Shown here piece by piece: positions 13,668 through 27,488 of a stretch of DNA of 42,668 bases (its first letter is position 1; every line of letters begins with the position of its first letter). The position numbers were made by a program, and so were the translations under genes. Location: contig CAXHJY010000208.1 in NCBI GenBank assembly GCA_964016885.1, positions 1 to 42,668 of the forward strand. The letters run 5' to 3'. The notes beneath the pieces were generated by a model. That model searched no databases. It was not told the origin of the DNA and was given only the letters and a program-made list of their open reading frames with translations. Origin of the DNA: Eledone cirrhosa. Taxonomy: Eukaryota.

Positions 13668-14555
13668 GGAGAATAGAAATGGCTGTGTATTTGCTATTTA
13701 AGGTAACTTAAAATGCAGTGGGAATAAGAAGAAAGCAAGAAAGAAGGAGGGGGTCCTCATCAGTTGTCTACTGTGGGTTTCGGATATTTCTACGCTTTAA
13801 AGACAAGATATCTCACCCCAGGGCGTCAATAACTGGATAAGTTATTGGGAAAACAGAGGAGGGAGGGAAGGAAAGCAAAAGGGAAGAAAAGAGAAAACAG
13901 TAACAAAACAGCGAAAAAACAACAAACCGAGCAATGTGCGAGGAATGTGCGGGCAATGTGCGAGCAACTTCAGTTAAAGTAATCCAAGACCACTCGATAA
14001 GAGAACTTAAGTTCAAGACTGAGTGGTCGAGAGGAACAAGACACACGTCTGATCGCCGCAGTTGTAAGTGAGAAAAGAACTGCTAAAGGGTCAGCCGAGG
14101 GGCTGAAAGAGAGAGGAAGAGAGTGGGGTAAGAGTAGATAGGGAGAAAGGGAGTGGAAGAAAGAGGGATGAGAGTAGAAAGTAGCGAAATAGGTAGGTAG
14201 AAGGGGAGAGAGAAGAATGGTCACAGCGAAAGCATGATGAAATATATGGAGAGTAGGAATGGTTGTGTAGTTGCTATTTAAGGTAACTTAAAATGCAGTG
14301 GGAATAAGAAGAAAGCTGGTTGCCCCACGGCCTCGGCGGACATAACGGAGAAGGCGTTCCCCCGGAGGATGGTAAGGGAGGTGCGCTGGAAGAACCATTC
14401 GATCTCGCGAGGCTCACACATGCGGCTAGCCAGCTCAGTGTCTAAGGTGGTAAGTAGGGAGGTAGCCCTAGGGCCAAAGACAGCAGAAGTCTCCACTGCT
14501 ATGGGCTCGACTGCAAATAGGTTAAAGAATGAAGTCTCAATAAGTTTCTCCTACT
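13665..14555 (-). mobile_element. 3' fragment of a CRE-like (restriction-like endonuclease) non-LTR retrotransposon
   Basis: Minus ORF reads PIAVETSAVFGPRA...EIEWFFQRTSLTILRGNA, matching the P.AVET.G..G / QR.S....RGNA C-terminal signature. A ~65-bp direct repeat lies at 13670-13737 and 14250-14316; the element ends at (TA)n. Confidence 0.65.
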
Positions 14556-14808
14556 GATCAATTCTTCCTGCCTAGTTATTCCTGTTTTTCCTAGTACCAT
14601 ACTTAATATTATTATAAATACTCTGTGATCTAATCCTTGGAAATTGTACCATAACCCCTTTACCTGGGTTCTCACCGTACACCTTGCAACGAACACGTCG
14701 AGAAAAATATTTGGTAAGCAATCATCCATATCTGTTTTGTTTGTGAATCTGATCTACACAAACCAAATTTAATGGGACTTATCTTCATGTATATATATAT
14801 ATATATAT

Positions 14809-15002
14809 ATAGGAACGAGTAGGACCCCGACGGCTGAGCTCAAGCCGTTTCGACGGCTAATTCAGTCCAGAATTAGCCGTCGAAACGGCTTGAGCTCAGC
14901 CGTCAGGGTCCTACTCGTTCCTATTACCCACTCTACTACCCTAAGTATTGAGTACTTTGGTGCGTTATGGTCCACCTGGTTCCTTACCACATTTCTTCCG
15001 TT
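14809..15002 (+). mobile_element. Hairpin-plus-tail element carrying the 3' half of a hammerhead
   Basis: Arms 14809-14862 and 14871-14923, 8-nt loop, tail 14924-15002. GAAA-CGGCT-tgagctc-AGCCG-TC forms stem III and a GUC site; CTGANGA is missing (truncated). Confidence 0.75.
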
Positions 15003-15025
15003 ATATATATATATATATATATATA

Positions 15026-15397
<372 letters not shown>

Positions 15398-15432
15398 GTG
15401 CGTGCGTGTGTGCGTGCGTGTGTATGTGTACA

Positions 15433-15463
<31 letters not shown>

Positions 15464-15867
15464 TTATGCATACGTATCTCTCTGTCTCTCAGTGTGTGTG
15501 TGTGTGTATCTCTCGTCTACGATTTCACAGAACTTATGTTCACCGAATTCACAGACTAGATCCCTTCTTCCTCCCGTTAGACCTGTACGGAATTCCTTCC
15601 TTGCTTACATTCCAACCAGGTTTGATTGTCTTTATTCTCTCTCGTTCACGATTTCACCGAACTTATATTCATGGAAATTTGGGACTTGACTCCTTCTTCC
15701 TCACTTTTCGTTGCTTCACCATCTTTGTTTACACTCTCGTGTGCCCTTTATTTACGTGTCCCAACGACTTTTTTTAGCCGTTGCTCGCACCAACCGGAGG
15801 TATATGGTCTTTAAAGCGATGAAATACCAATGATGGTTGGAAGATCACTGATGAAAGACTAACTTTA

Positions 15868-15908
<41 letters not shown>

Positions 15909-16288
15909 TTATTTATTTATATATATATAATGTGTGGGATATACATAATTTATTAACCAGATTGTATTCCATCCTCTCACTGCCACCACCATCACCACCA
16001 CCACATGCCCCATACACCCCACCACAGTCTATACTAATGAGAGGAAGGTATTGGACTGTTGTCAACTCAGGTGATAATTACAGAACAACAGACATAGAAA
16101 ACAATTAATAAGATCATTTAAGACGAGCGGCAAGAGATTTCCTCTCAGATCGATAATCAATAAATATTTACATGAAAGCAACAGTTTCCGCCAGCTGTTC
16201 AATAGAACCAACAGACAAAATGAGCTTCAAATATACGAATATATACACACATACATAGACACATAGACACATACACACACACACAGAG

Positions 16289-16322
<34 letters not shown>

Positions 16323-16734
16323 TGAATGCAAGGCTAAGATTTTGTCTAGACAAATGTGTCCACATCAAACGTGTTTGTAGGAATTATATTGGCGCAATAG
16401 TATAAGAAAGTCTGAGAGAAAAGATGTTATAAGATTGATTTTACCATCCACACACACACACACACACACATAGATTTCTTTCTTTATTAGCCACAAGGGC
16501 GCACAAGAAAAGGGGACAATACAAAGACATGCCGGGGATTTTACATGCAGTCGTGTAAAAAATATAAAAACAAACAATTACAACAATCGAAATCCCCAAT
16601 AGGGGGGAGGCGCCACAAATGGGTTGTTTAATACCCCGTAGATAGAACAACCCTCAACTCCAGGAGCGTGATGTGCAAGTGCTCCTTTCTTCCTTTTGCT
16701 CTCTTCCTCAACCTACAGGCTTATTAGACAGAGA

Positions 16735-16827
<93 letters not shown>

Positions 16828-17209
16828 GCGTTGCCAAAGAAAAATCGGATAGCAACTTAAAGAATTTACATAGGTGGTAAAATTCTGAGCTTTCACTATT
16901 CTATACACCTGTTTCGTGGATTAAAAATAAAATGGCAAAAACCACAAGATGAAACTCTCAATCATCAGTAGAAGAATTTCATCTTACTAAACGGAATATA
17001 CGTATATTTTTAAAACAGGTTTTAAAGGCAGATGGTGAGGAAACGTAATAACATGAGGATACAGACGGACCAACGTGAATGGATACCTATAAATAAATAA
17101 AAAGCGACCCAGGGACAACAACAGCCAATGCACGCTAGCAAACCGCCAATTCGTGACACAGGTATGTACAAACATACGTAATATACCGCATTCAGTGCGA
17201 CAAATACAG

Positions 17210-17402
17210 GGAGAGGTGGATTGGCAGTATCGGTAGAGAGTCGGGCGCCATGCTTTCCAGCATAGTTACGTCCCTTTACAGTCTGAGTTCAAATCCCGTC
17301 GAGATTAACTTTGCCTTTCATCCTTACGGGGTCGATAAAATAAAGTACCAGTAATGTACTGGGGTAATTGCTGGCCTTGTGCCAAAAGTAGAAACAATTA
17401 TT
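17210..17402 (+). mobile_element. tRNA-derived SINE, same family as 6062-6326
   Basis: TGGCAGTATCGG ... GAGTTCAAATCCC ... shared body and 3' end. Confidence 0.85.
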
Positions 17403-17772
17403 ACTGTCAGACATCTTCACAGCCGCATTATAGAACATCTCAACACACCCACATCCTCCTTCAGGAAACACAAACAAATTCAAAATCAATAACAAAGACA
17501 TAACAGTTACCAGTGAAACCACGTGGGCAATATTAAAATCACGTGATACTAATAACTAAAGTTAATCCACAAATCATCAACAGATTAGTACTCAACATGC
17601 AATACTTACCAGAAAAGCGCACACACGTAACGTCTGACATAATACTGTGCACATGTATAATAGCCAACACCACACAGACAATTACAACTAGACACGAAGA
17701 TTTGGCACAAACACATACAGCCCAGACACATAGCTCAATCCAGAGTAGCTAACATCCAAACCGTTACAACTT

Positions 17773-17935
17773 CTACTGCTACTTCTCCTAATTGAGAGAT
17801 CACAGCTCAGATACTATGGTGGGTATGTGGTTAGAATGTCTCAGGAAAGAATTGCTGGAGAGATTCTACGGACGAAACCAACCGACAAGAGACCCAGGGG
17901 TGGACCCCGAGCAAGATGGTTGGATAACATCCATG
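17773..17935 (+). mobile_element. RTE LINE internal fragment flanked by ~50-bp direct repeats
   Basis: Near-identical to parts of 20292-20517; flanking repeats at ~17726-17772 and ~17942-17988. Confidence 0.7.
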
Positions 17936-17988
17936 GCACAAACACATAGCTCAATCCAGAGCAGCTAACATCCAAACCGTTACAACTT

Positions 17989-19512
17989 GACACCACATTT
18001 GCATCGAAGAAACATTTGACATGAAGACATGAACACCACATTTGCATCGAAGAAACATTTGACATGAAGACATGAACACCACATTTGCATCGAAGAAACA
18101 TTTGACATGAAGGAAGACATGAACACCACATTTGCATCGAAGAAACATTTGACATGAAGGAAGACATGAACACCACATTTGCATCGAAGAAACATTTGAC
18201 ATGAAGACATGAACACCACATTTGCATCGAAGAAACTTTTGACATGAAGGAAGACATGAACACCACATTTGCATCGAAGAAACATTTGACATGAAGGAAG
18301 ACATGAACACCACATTTGCATCGAAGAAACATTTGACATGAAGACATGAACACCACATTTGCCTCGAAGAAACATTTGACAGGAAGACATGAACACCACA
18401 TTTGCATCGAAGAAACTTTTGACATGAAGGAAGACATGAACACCACATTTGCATCGAAGAAACATTTGACATGAAGGAAGACATGAACACCACATTTGCA
18501 TCGAAGAAACATTTGACATGAAGACATGAACACCACATTTGCCTCGAAGAAACATTTGACAGGAAGACATGAACACCACATTTGCATCGAAGAAACTTTT
18601 GACATGAAGGAAGACATGAACACCACATTTGCATCGAAGAAACATTTGACATGAAGGAAGACATGAACACCACATTTGCCTCGAAGAAACATTTGACAGG
18701 AAGACATGAACACCACATTTGCATCGAAGAAACATTTGACATGAAGGAAGACATGAACACCACATTTGCATCGAAGAAACATTTGACAGGAAGACATGAA
18801 CACCACATTTGCATCGAAGAAACATTTGACATGAAGGAAGACATGAACACCACATTTGCATCGAAGAAACATTTGACATGAAGGAAGACATGAACACCAC
18901 ATTTGCATCGAAGAAACATTTGACATGAAGGAAGACATGAACACCACATTTGCATCGAAGAAACATTTGACATGAAGACATGAACACCACATTTGCATCG
19001 AAGAAACATTTGACATGAAGACATGAACACCACATTTGCCTCGAAGAAACATTTGACATGAAGACATGAACACCACATTTGCATCGAAGAAACATTTGAC
19101 AGGAAGACATGAACACCACATTTGCATCGAAGAAACATATGACATGAAGACATGAACACCACATTTGCATCGAAGAAACATTTGACATGAAGACATGAAC
19201 ACCACATTTGCATCGAAGAAACATTTGACATTTGACATGAACACCACATTTGCCTCGAAGAAACATTTGACATTTGACATGAACACCACATTTGCCTCGA
19301 AGAAACATTTGACATGAAGGAAGACATGAACACCACATTTGCATCGAAGAAACATTTGACATGAAGGAAGACATGAACACCACATTTGCATCGAAGAAAC
19401 ATTTGACAGGAAGGAAGACATGAACACCACATTTGCATCGAAGAAACATTTGACAGGAAGACATGAACACCACATTTCCATCGAAGAAACATTTGACATG
19501 AAGACATGAACA
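17989..19512. repeat. 39/43-bp minisatellite (ACACCACATTTGCATCGAAGAAACATTTGACATGA[AGGA]AGACATGA)
   Basis: ~37 tandem units with a few recurring variants. Confidence 0.95.
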
Positions 19513-19971
19513 AACGTATATAATATTTGACAGGAGCATGCGCAGACGCACACATGTCAGTCCACAGACGGCGTCATCCTCCTATTACTTCCGACAGCTA
19601 TAAATAGACCACTACTTGCAAACAAGAAAAGTAAGACGACGTGCCTAATAACAACAAAAACACAAACTTCGAACCAGTTTCTTATCATAATCTTTTGATG
19701 AAAGGATCTTAGCCCCGAAATATTAGGAAAGGTAAATAAAATAACAGGTGACATCTGTTTCTTTGAATTGTCGTAGCTTTCAAATAACATACGACTTAAT
19801 GATAATAGGGCTGTTGCTGATAATCCATGCTGATGATAGGGGAGACACAGGTACGTGCGTATGTGGATTTGTATATGTGGATGTGTATATGTGGTTGTTT
19901 ATACGTAAAGTATAAACAAGAACTAATTAACATATGCATGAAAACTGAGAAAGAAAGCATGAAAACTGGGA

Positions 19972-20019
<48 letters not shown>

Positions 20020-20259
20020 AGGAAATTAAGAAAGAAAGAAAGCAGGAAAGAAAGAGTGCGTGTGTGATGTGTGAAAGATAATGTGTTCGTAGGAAGACCA
20101 ATAATTGAAATAACATGACAACCGCATCAGACGAGAAGAGATTTAAAATGGCCTCGGAATTGGTATTGCCGGATTAATGGCGTGAACTGCGCAGGATTCC
20201 TTGAAAGGACAAGATTCCTCCGTAGGGTCTTTTGTGTAATGTTACTCGATAAAATGCGT

Positions 20260-20745
20260 AGCTCGGAGACGAGAGAGTGACTCCAGGAAGAGCTGCTACT
20301 TCTCCTAATTGAGAGATCACAGCTCAGATACTATGGTGGGTATGTGGTTAGAATGTCTCAGGAAAGAATCTCTGAATTGAAAGATCACAGCTCCGATACT
20401 ACAGATATGTCATTAGAATGTCTCAGGAAAGAATTGCTGGAGAGATTCTACGGACGAAACCAACCGACAAGAGACCCAGGGGTAGACCCCGAGCAAGATG
20501 GTTGGATAACATCCATGAGCTTGGCTGGTCTCGCTTGGGGATCTAGCTGGATCAGTTGGAGACGGTTGCTTCTGACAGGACCTGCTGGAGGGAGTGTTTG
20601 AGGACTCTGCCCCCACGACCCTCTCAGGAATAAGTGGGCGAAGAAGAAAAAAAAGAAAAAGAAAAAGAAAAAGAAAAAGAAAAAGAAAAAAGAAAAAAGA
20701 AGAAGAAGAAAATGAAAAAGAAAAAGAAAAAGAAAAAGAAGAATT
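20260..20745 (+). mobile_element. 3' end of an RTE-clade LINE with (GAAAAA)n/(GAA)n tail
   Basis: Translates as IERSQLRYYG..VVRMSQER...KRPRGRPRARWLDNI...DRTCWR, the RTE C-terminal signature; contains an internal ~60-bp duplication. Confidence 0.8.
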
Positions 20746-20974
20746 AAAGGTGAAAGATTTCGAGGAATGTTCGTGTTCCTTAGTCTTTATAAACTTACAA
20801 GCGATGAAATGAAGTTAGTTTGTTTCCAGACTGTTTATTTACTTATAAACATACGTGAAACTGCTGTAGTTTACATTGATGCTACACGTGTTAGTCAAAT
20901 ATGATTGAAGAATTTTGACTTCATTTACAAAGCTATTATTGTGTAGGTGTTAGTTGTTGTTGTTGTACAATCAA

Positions 20975-21125
20975 GGCGCGTGGCTTGGTAGTTAGGGTGT
21001 TCAGTTCACGATCATAAGGTCGGGTTTTCAATTATGGTAAAGGGTAGTGCATTGTGTCCTTGAGCAAGACACTTTATTCCAGATTGCTCCAGTCCATTCA
21101 GCTAGAAATAAATGAGTTGTACTCG
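20975..21125 (+). mobile_element. tRNA-derived SINE of a second family (degenerate)
   Basis: GGCGCGTGGCTTGGTAGTTAGGG head; GTGTCCTTGAGCAAGACACTT core shared with 24012-24292. Confidence 0.65.
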
Positions 21126-21577
21126 TAATTCAAAGCACCAGCCTTCCCACTGACCCCACACACACATACTATGCCACGCTAAATTTCCCAGAGAAATATG
21201 CAGACCTGTCAACTCTCCCCGTCCGACGGGGAGATCACCCAATCACTTTGGGGTGGGTGAGAGATGTCTTCTCTCATGAAAATGGGTATAGCTTTCATTA
21301 TGCAAAATCGCCCCTTTTTGCCTCATTTCTCCTCGTTTTGGAGACACTTATTTGTACATGGTACACCCTGTTTGAGTTTTTAAAGGTTGGCAGGTCTGAA
21401 CATGCTGAGGGTATACATGACTGTGGAATACTCAGCCATTTATTGCACGTTAATTTCTCGAGCAAACTGTTGCGTTGTTCAAACAACTGGAACACTCCTC
21501 GCCAGAGCCGACGGAGGTCCAACACACTACACAAAGTCCTAACAAAATACTACAACCTAATTGTAAGAGTGCAGACG

Positions 21578-23652
21578 ATCGGTATAGAAATGGTGTCAGA
21601 ACAATATAACTTTAAACCTTGTGGCTTCATAATATCGGTATAGAAATGGTGTCAGAACAATATAACTTTAAACCTTGTGGCTTCATAATATCGGTATAGA
21701 AATGGTGTCAGAACAATATAACTTTAAACCTTGTGGCTTCATAATATCGGTATAGAAATGGTGTCAGAACAATATAACTTTAAACCTTGTGGCTTCATAA
21801 TATCGGTATAGAAATGGTGTCAGAACAATATAACTTTAAACCTTGTGGCTTCATAATATCGGTATAGAAATGGTGTCAGAACAATATAACTTTAAACCTA
21901 GTGGCTTCATAATATCGGTATAGAAATGGTGTCAGAACAATATAACTTTAAACCTTGTGGCTTCATAATATCGGTATAGAAATGGTGTCAGAACAATATA
22001 ACTTTAAACCTTGTGGCTTCATAATATCGGTATAGAAATGGTGTCAGAACAATATAACTTTAAACCTTGTGGCTTCATAATATCGGTATAGAAATGGTGT
22101 CAGAACAATATAACTTTAAACCTTGTGGCTTCATAATATCGGTATAGAAATGGTGTCAGAACAATATAACTTTAAACCTTGTGGCTTCATAATATCGGTA
22201 TAGAAATGGTGTCAGAACAATATAACTTTAAACCTTGTGGCTTCATAATATCGGTATAGAAATGGTGTCAGAACAATATAACTTTAAACCTTGTGGCTTC
22301 ATAATATCGGTATAGAAATGGTGTCAGAACAATATAACTTTAAACCTTGTGGCTTCATAATATCGGTATAGAAATGGTGTCAGAACAATATAACTTTAAA
22401 CCTTGTGGCTTCATAATATCGGTATAGAAATGGTGTCAGAACAATATAACTTTAAACCTTGTGGCTTCATAATATCGGTATAGAAATGGTGTCAGAACAA
22501 TATAACTTTAAACCTTGTGGCTTCATAATATCGGTATAGAAATGGTGTCAGAACAATATAACTTTAAACCTTGTGGCTTCATAATATCGGTATAGAAATG
22601 GTGTCAGAACAATATAACTTTAAACCTTGTGGCTTCATAATATCGGTATAGAAATGGTGTCAGAACAATATAACTTTAAACCTTGTGGCTTCATAATATC
22701 GGTATAGAAATGGTGTCAGAACAATATAACTTTAAACCTTGTGGCTTCATAATATCGGTATAGAAATGGTGTCAGAACAATATAACTTTAAACCTTGTGG
22801 CTTCATAATATCGGTATAGAAATGGTGTCAGAACAATATAACTTTAAACCTTGTGGCTTCATAATATCGGTATAGAAATGGTGTCAGAACAATATAACTT
22901 TAAACCTTGTGGCTTCATAATATCGGTATAGAAATGGTGTCAGAACAATATAACTTTAAACCTTGTGGCTTCATAATATCGGTATAGAAATGGTGTCAGA
23001 ACAATATAACTTTAAACCTTGTGGCTTCATAATATCGGTATAGAAATGGTGTCAGAACAATATAACTTTAAACCTTGTGGCTTCATAATATCGGTATAGA
23101 AATGGTGTCAGAACAATATAACTTTAAACCTTGTGGCTTCATAATATCGGTATAGAAATGGTGTCAGAACAATATAACTTTAAACCTTGTGGCTTCATAA
23201 TATCGGTATAGAAATGGTGTCAGAACAATATAACTTTAAACCTTGTGGCTTCATAATATCGGTATAGAAATGGTGTCAGAACAATATAACTTTAAACCTT
23301 GTGGCTTCATAATATCGGTATAGAAATGGTGTCAGAACAATATAACTTTAAACCTTGTGGCTTCATAATATCGGTATAGAAATGGTGTCAGAACAATATA
23401 ACTTTAAACCTTGTGGCTTCATAATATCGGTATAGAAATGGTGTCAGAACAATATAACTTTAAACCTTGTGGCTTCATAATATCGGTATAGAAATGGTGT
23501 CAGAACAATATAACTTTAAACCTTGTGGCTTCATAATATCGGTATAGAAATGGTGTCAGAACAATATAACTTTAAACCTTGTGGCTTCATAATATCGGTA
23601 TAGAAATGGTGTCAGAACAATATAACTTTAAACCTTGTGGCTTCATAATATC
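21578..23652. repeat. Highly homogeneous 56-bp tandem satellite, ~37 copies
   Basis: Unit ATCGGTATAGAAATGGTGTCAGAACAATATAACTTTAAACCTTGTGGCTTCATAAT; I saw only one variant (T>A at 21900). Confidence 0.97.
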
Positions 23653-23888
23653 AACAGAAACCATTTTGTTTTTGTGTTTTTTCTAACTTTTCATTGTTTT
23701 CCTTTTCAATGACGAACTCATGGATTGTGACTTTATATTTGAACACTCGCCAAAAACAGGAAAAGTCTCTTTATTTTATTTCTATAGTTTTTTTTTAGAG
23801 AGAGAAAGAGGAAAATGAGAATTGCTTCTTTGTTTAGTTGATAATTTAAAAGAAAATCCTCTTTTATTAGAATGTATTATATATATAT

Positions 23889-23986
23889 AGGTTAATTTTG
23901 CCTTTCATCCTTACGGGGTCGATAAAATAAAGTACCAGTAATGTACTGGGTAATTGCTGGCCTTGTGCCAAAAGTAGAAACAATTA
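23889..23986 (+). mobile_element. 5'-truncated SINE, same family as 6062-6326
   Basis: Body and 3' end match 17303-17400. Confidence 0.8.
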
Positions 23987-24011
23987 TATATATATATATA
24001 TATATCTAAAA

Positions 24012-24292
24012 AAGTCTAAAGTCTGTCTTAAGCCAGAAGGCTCATTTGGCCGCTGCTTATCCCGTTTTCATGGCGTGAAGTGACTGAGAGTACAAGACTC
24101 CCCCTGGACAGGACGCCAGTCCATCGGAGGGTTAGACCTCCAGCTATTGCTGGTACCCATTTTCAGGTGAGTATACTGGAGCAACGTGAAATGAAGTGTC
24201 TTGCTCAAGAAAACAACACACAACCCAGGAATCGAACCCACGACATTATGATCGTAATTCCAACACCCTTACCACTAGGGCACGTGCCTCCA
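24012..24292 (-). mobile_element. Full-length tRNA-derived SINE (MetaSINE-like central domain)
   Basis: Minus strand: TAGTGGTAAGG A-box, GGTTCGATTCC B-box, CTTGAGCAAGACACTT, AATGGGTACC...GATGGACTGGCGTCCTGTCCAGGGG, short repeat tail. Confidence 0.75.
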
Positions 24293-24293
24293 T

Positions 24294-24325
<32 letters not shown>

Positions 24326-25348
24326 TAAACAAATAATGAATAAACAATTCCTTATATTAAACAAAAAAATTCATTATTTAACGATCGTTTCTAGGGTATA
24401 TATGTGTTATAATTGGTATGCATATTCAACAGATCTATGTACAAAATTATACAAAATTATACAAATTATCAAGATTAAATATACATACCTAACACATATA
24501 TACGCCGTCTTCAGAAATAATGAAGTATATTTATTGATAATAACAACAATTCAAAATATCAGTTCAAAATTGACCAATGAAAATACAAAGGGTTAAAAGC
24601 AGTTCGGTGTGTGTATATACATGTAAAATCCTTACACATATTTTACAAAAATGTGTGTATAATTTGTATACGCATACTAAAAAGATGGATGCAAACACAA
24701 AATTTCAAGGTTAATATCTCTGTAAGCTTAATGCGCTGATAAGATGCGCATTGATACTTATGGAGTCAAGCATATAAATATATTTTTTCATACTCACACA
24801 TATCAGTATAATCACACATACATGCGCGTATATGCATAAATATACACATAACCACGAACATACAAACACACACACTCCCCCACTCACATTTATATATGTG
24901 GATATAAAATCATAAGCACATAGAAATTAAATCACTCACATAAAACACTGGCACACACATTTCAAGATCAAGATACAGAAATTAGGTGGGAGGGGGGGAG
25001 GGGTCAGTATTCAATTGTCTGAGCAGACTGCCTAATATAAATGTATCTATAAATTAAGAAAAATAAAAAAATAAAACAATAAAATATAATAACTATAATA
25101 TAATATATATACACATACAGATATATAAACACACATACATACATGTACGCACACATAGAGATATTTACGCATACACACATACACACATACATATACAGTC
25201 ATACACACACATACACTTACACGAACATACACATACACATATAAAAAGATATATATATACACACACACACACACGCGCAACACATACACACATACACATA
25301 TATATAAAAAAATAGATAATAAAGATATATATCCATATATATATACAT

Positions 25349-25399
<51 letters not shown>

Positions 25400-25490
25400 C
25401 ATATACATATACATACACATACATCTAAATATACATACACATACATACACACATACATGTACATACATGTACATACATATACGCACATCG

Positions 25491-25534
<44 letters not shown>

Positions 25535-25878
25535 TCACATAGACATATAGATACATACACACACAATTTACATACACACGTATATATATATATATATATA
25601 GATGTACCTTCATACATAGAATTAGATATATAATCATACATACATATGCACCTACTTATACTCATATATATAAATACATACGCTTCCATAAATGTGTATA
25701 TACATAAAAAACAATACAACCTCACCAAACTCAGACATACAAATAAAGATAATAATAAAAAATAATAATAAAAAGGCATATGTATATACATACACACACG
25801 CATTAATAGAGATATATATATATATATACACATACATACACATATATATATACATACACACACATATATACACACACA

Positions 25879-25930
<52 letters not shown>

Positions 25931-25936
25931 TAGACT

Positions 25937-25968
<32 letters not shown>

Positions 25969-26425
25969 AACATATATATCCACACACACATACCACCATA
26001 AAAACACATACAAACACCCACATGTATATATATATATACATATATATCCATATACACACACGTACATATATATACATATATATACATACATATATATATA
26101 TACACACACACATAAAAAACAGACATGCACATATATATATATATATATATATTTTATTACTCTTATATATACACATATTATATATACATACACAACCTCA
26201 CTTATACACATATACACATAAGTTATATTATAATAATAAAGAATAATATACATATATATATATACACATATACATATATATATATATATATATATACATA
26301 CATACATACACATACATACATACACATAAATATATACATACATAAATACATACATACTAATAAAGACATATATTCACACATAGACACCTATATATATATA
26401 TATATATATATATCTATATATATAT

Positions 26426-26467
<42 letters not shown>

Positions 26468-27488
26468 ACACACACACACACACACAGACACACATACACA
26501 CTCACATATATATATATATATATGTGTATGTGTGTGTGCGCACATACACATATATACAAACACACATACAAACACACACAAACACATACATATGCATACG
26601 TGCACACACACACACATATATCACATAGATACGAAGATAAACATATAAATAGAGAGACATACATATATATACACAACACACATACACATACATACATACA
26701 CGCATATACATATACATACATATATACACATATATATATTCATATATATACAAGCATACACATACATACACATATATACACATACATACACATATACATA
26801 CAACACATTCACATACACACACATATATAATGCATATATATACATATATATACATACATATGTATGTACAATCATATATACACACACAATCTTACATTCA
26901 TATTTGCATGCTCATATATGTATTTTTATATTTAGATATAAATACCCAAACCTATATAGACACCCACCTACATATATATTCATACATAGACGCTTACAAA
27001 TACAGATGATAATAGTATGGGGGAAAGGGGGGGTTTGGAGAAGGGGATCAAAGTAAATATATGTTTCAAGAAACATATAATATTTTCCGTATCTTAATTC
27101 AATGTATGTTCTTACATATTTTCAGTGCTAGGAAATACGAAATCTATGCATCTCAAAATAAATAAGTATACCATTAATCATATGTTAACTAAACCAAAGA
27201 TAGCCAACATATTGATTTCTAAGGTGTAAATTAGTTAGGTTTATAATATTTGAAGCAGAATTTTGAAGTCAAACAGTAGTAGATTATTAATTACAGTATA
27301 ACTAAATTAAAGTTAATAACGTTATGGTATCAATATTAGGAGATGAATTTAGTAATAGGGAAAAGAAACCCAAATAAAAATAAAATAAAGTATTACATCG
27401 GTAGTAGCATATAAATTATATGTTAACTAAATTAAAAATTATATATTTATTTCAATAGTATACGTTAATTAGTATATGTTAACTCTAG

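Noticed and set aside
15846-15870. CTGATGA followed by a short stem
   Set aside because: No downstream GAAA or stem III before the (TA)n tract
17841-19555. Three overlapping 520-570-aa Cys-rich ORFs
   Set aside because: All three minus frames are open across a 39/43-bp minisatellite with frame-shifting units; artefact
21578-23652. Possible CRISPR array
   Set aside because: Units are contiguous and identical with no unique spacers, there are no cas genes, and the context is eukaryotic
24230-24292. tRNA gene
   Set aside because: A/B boxes continue into a SINE body and no complete cloverleaf is evident
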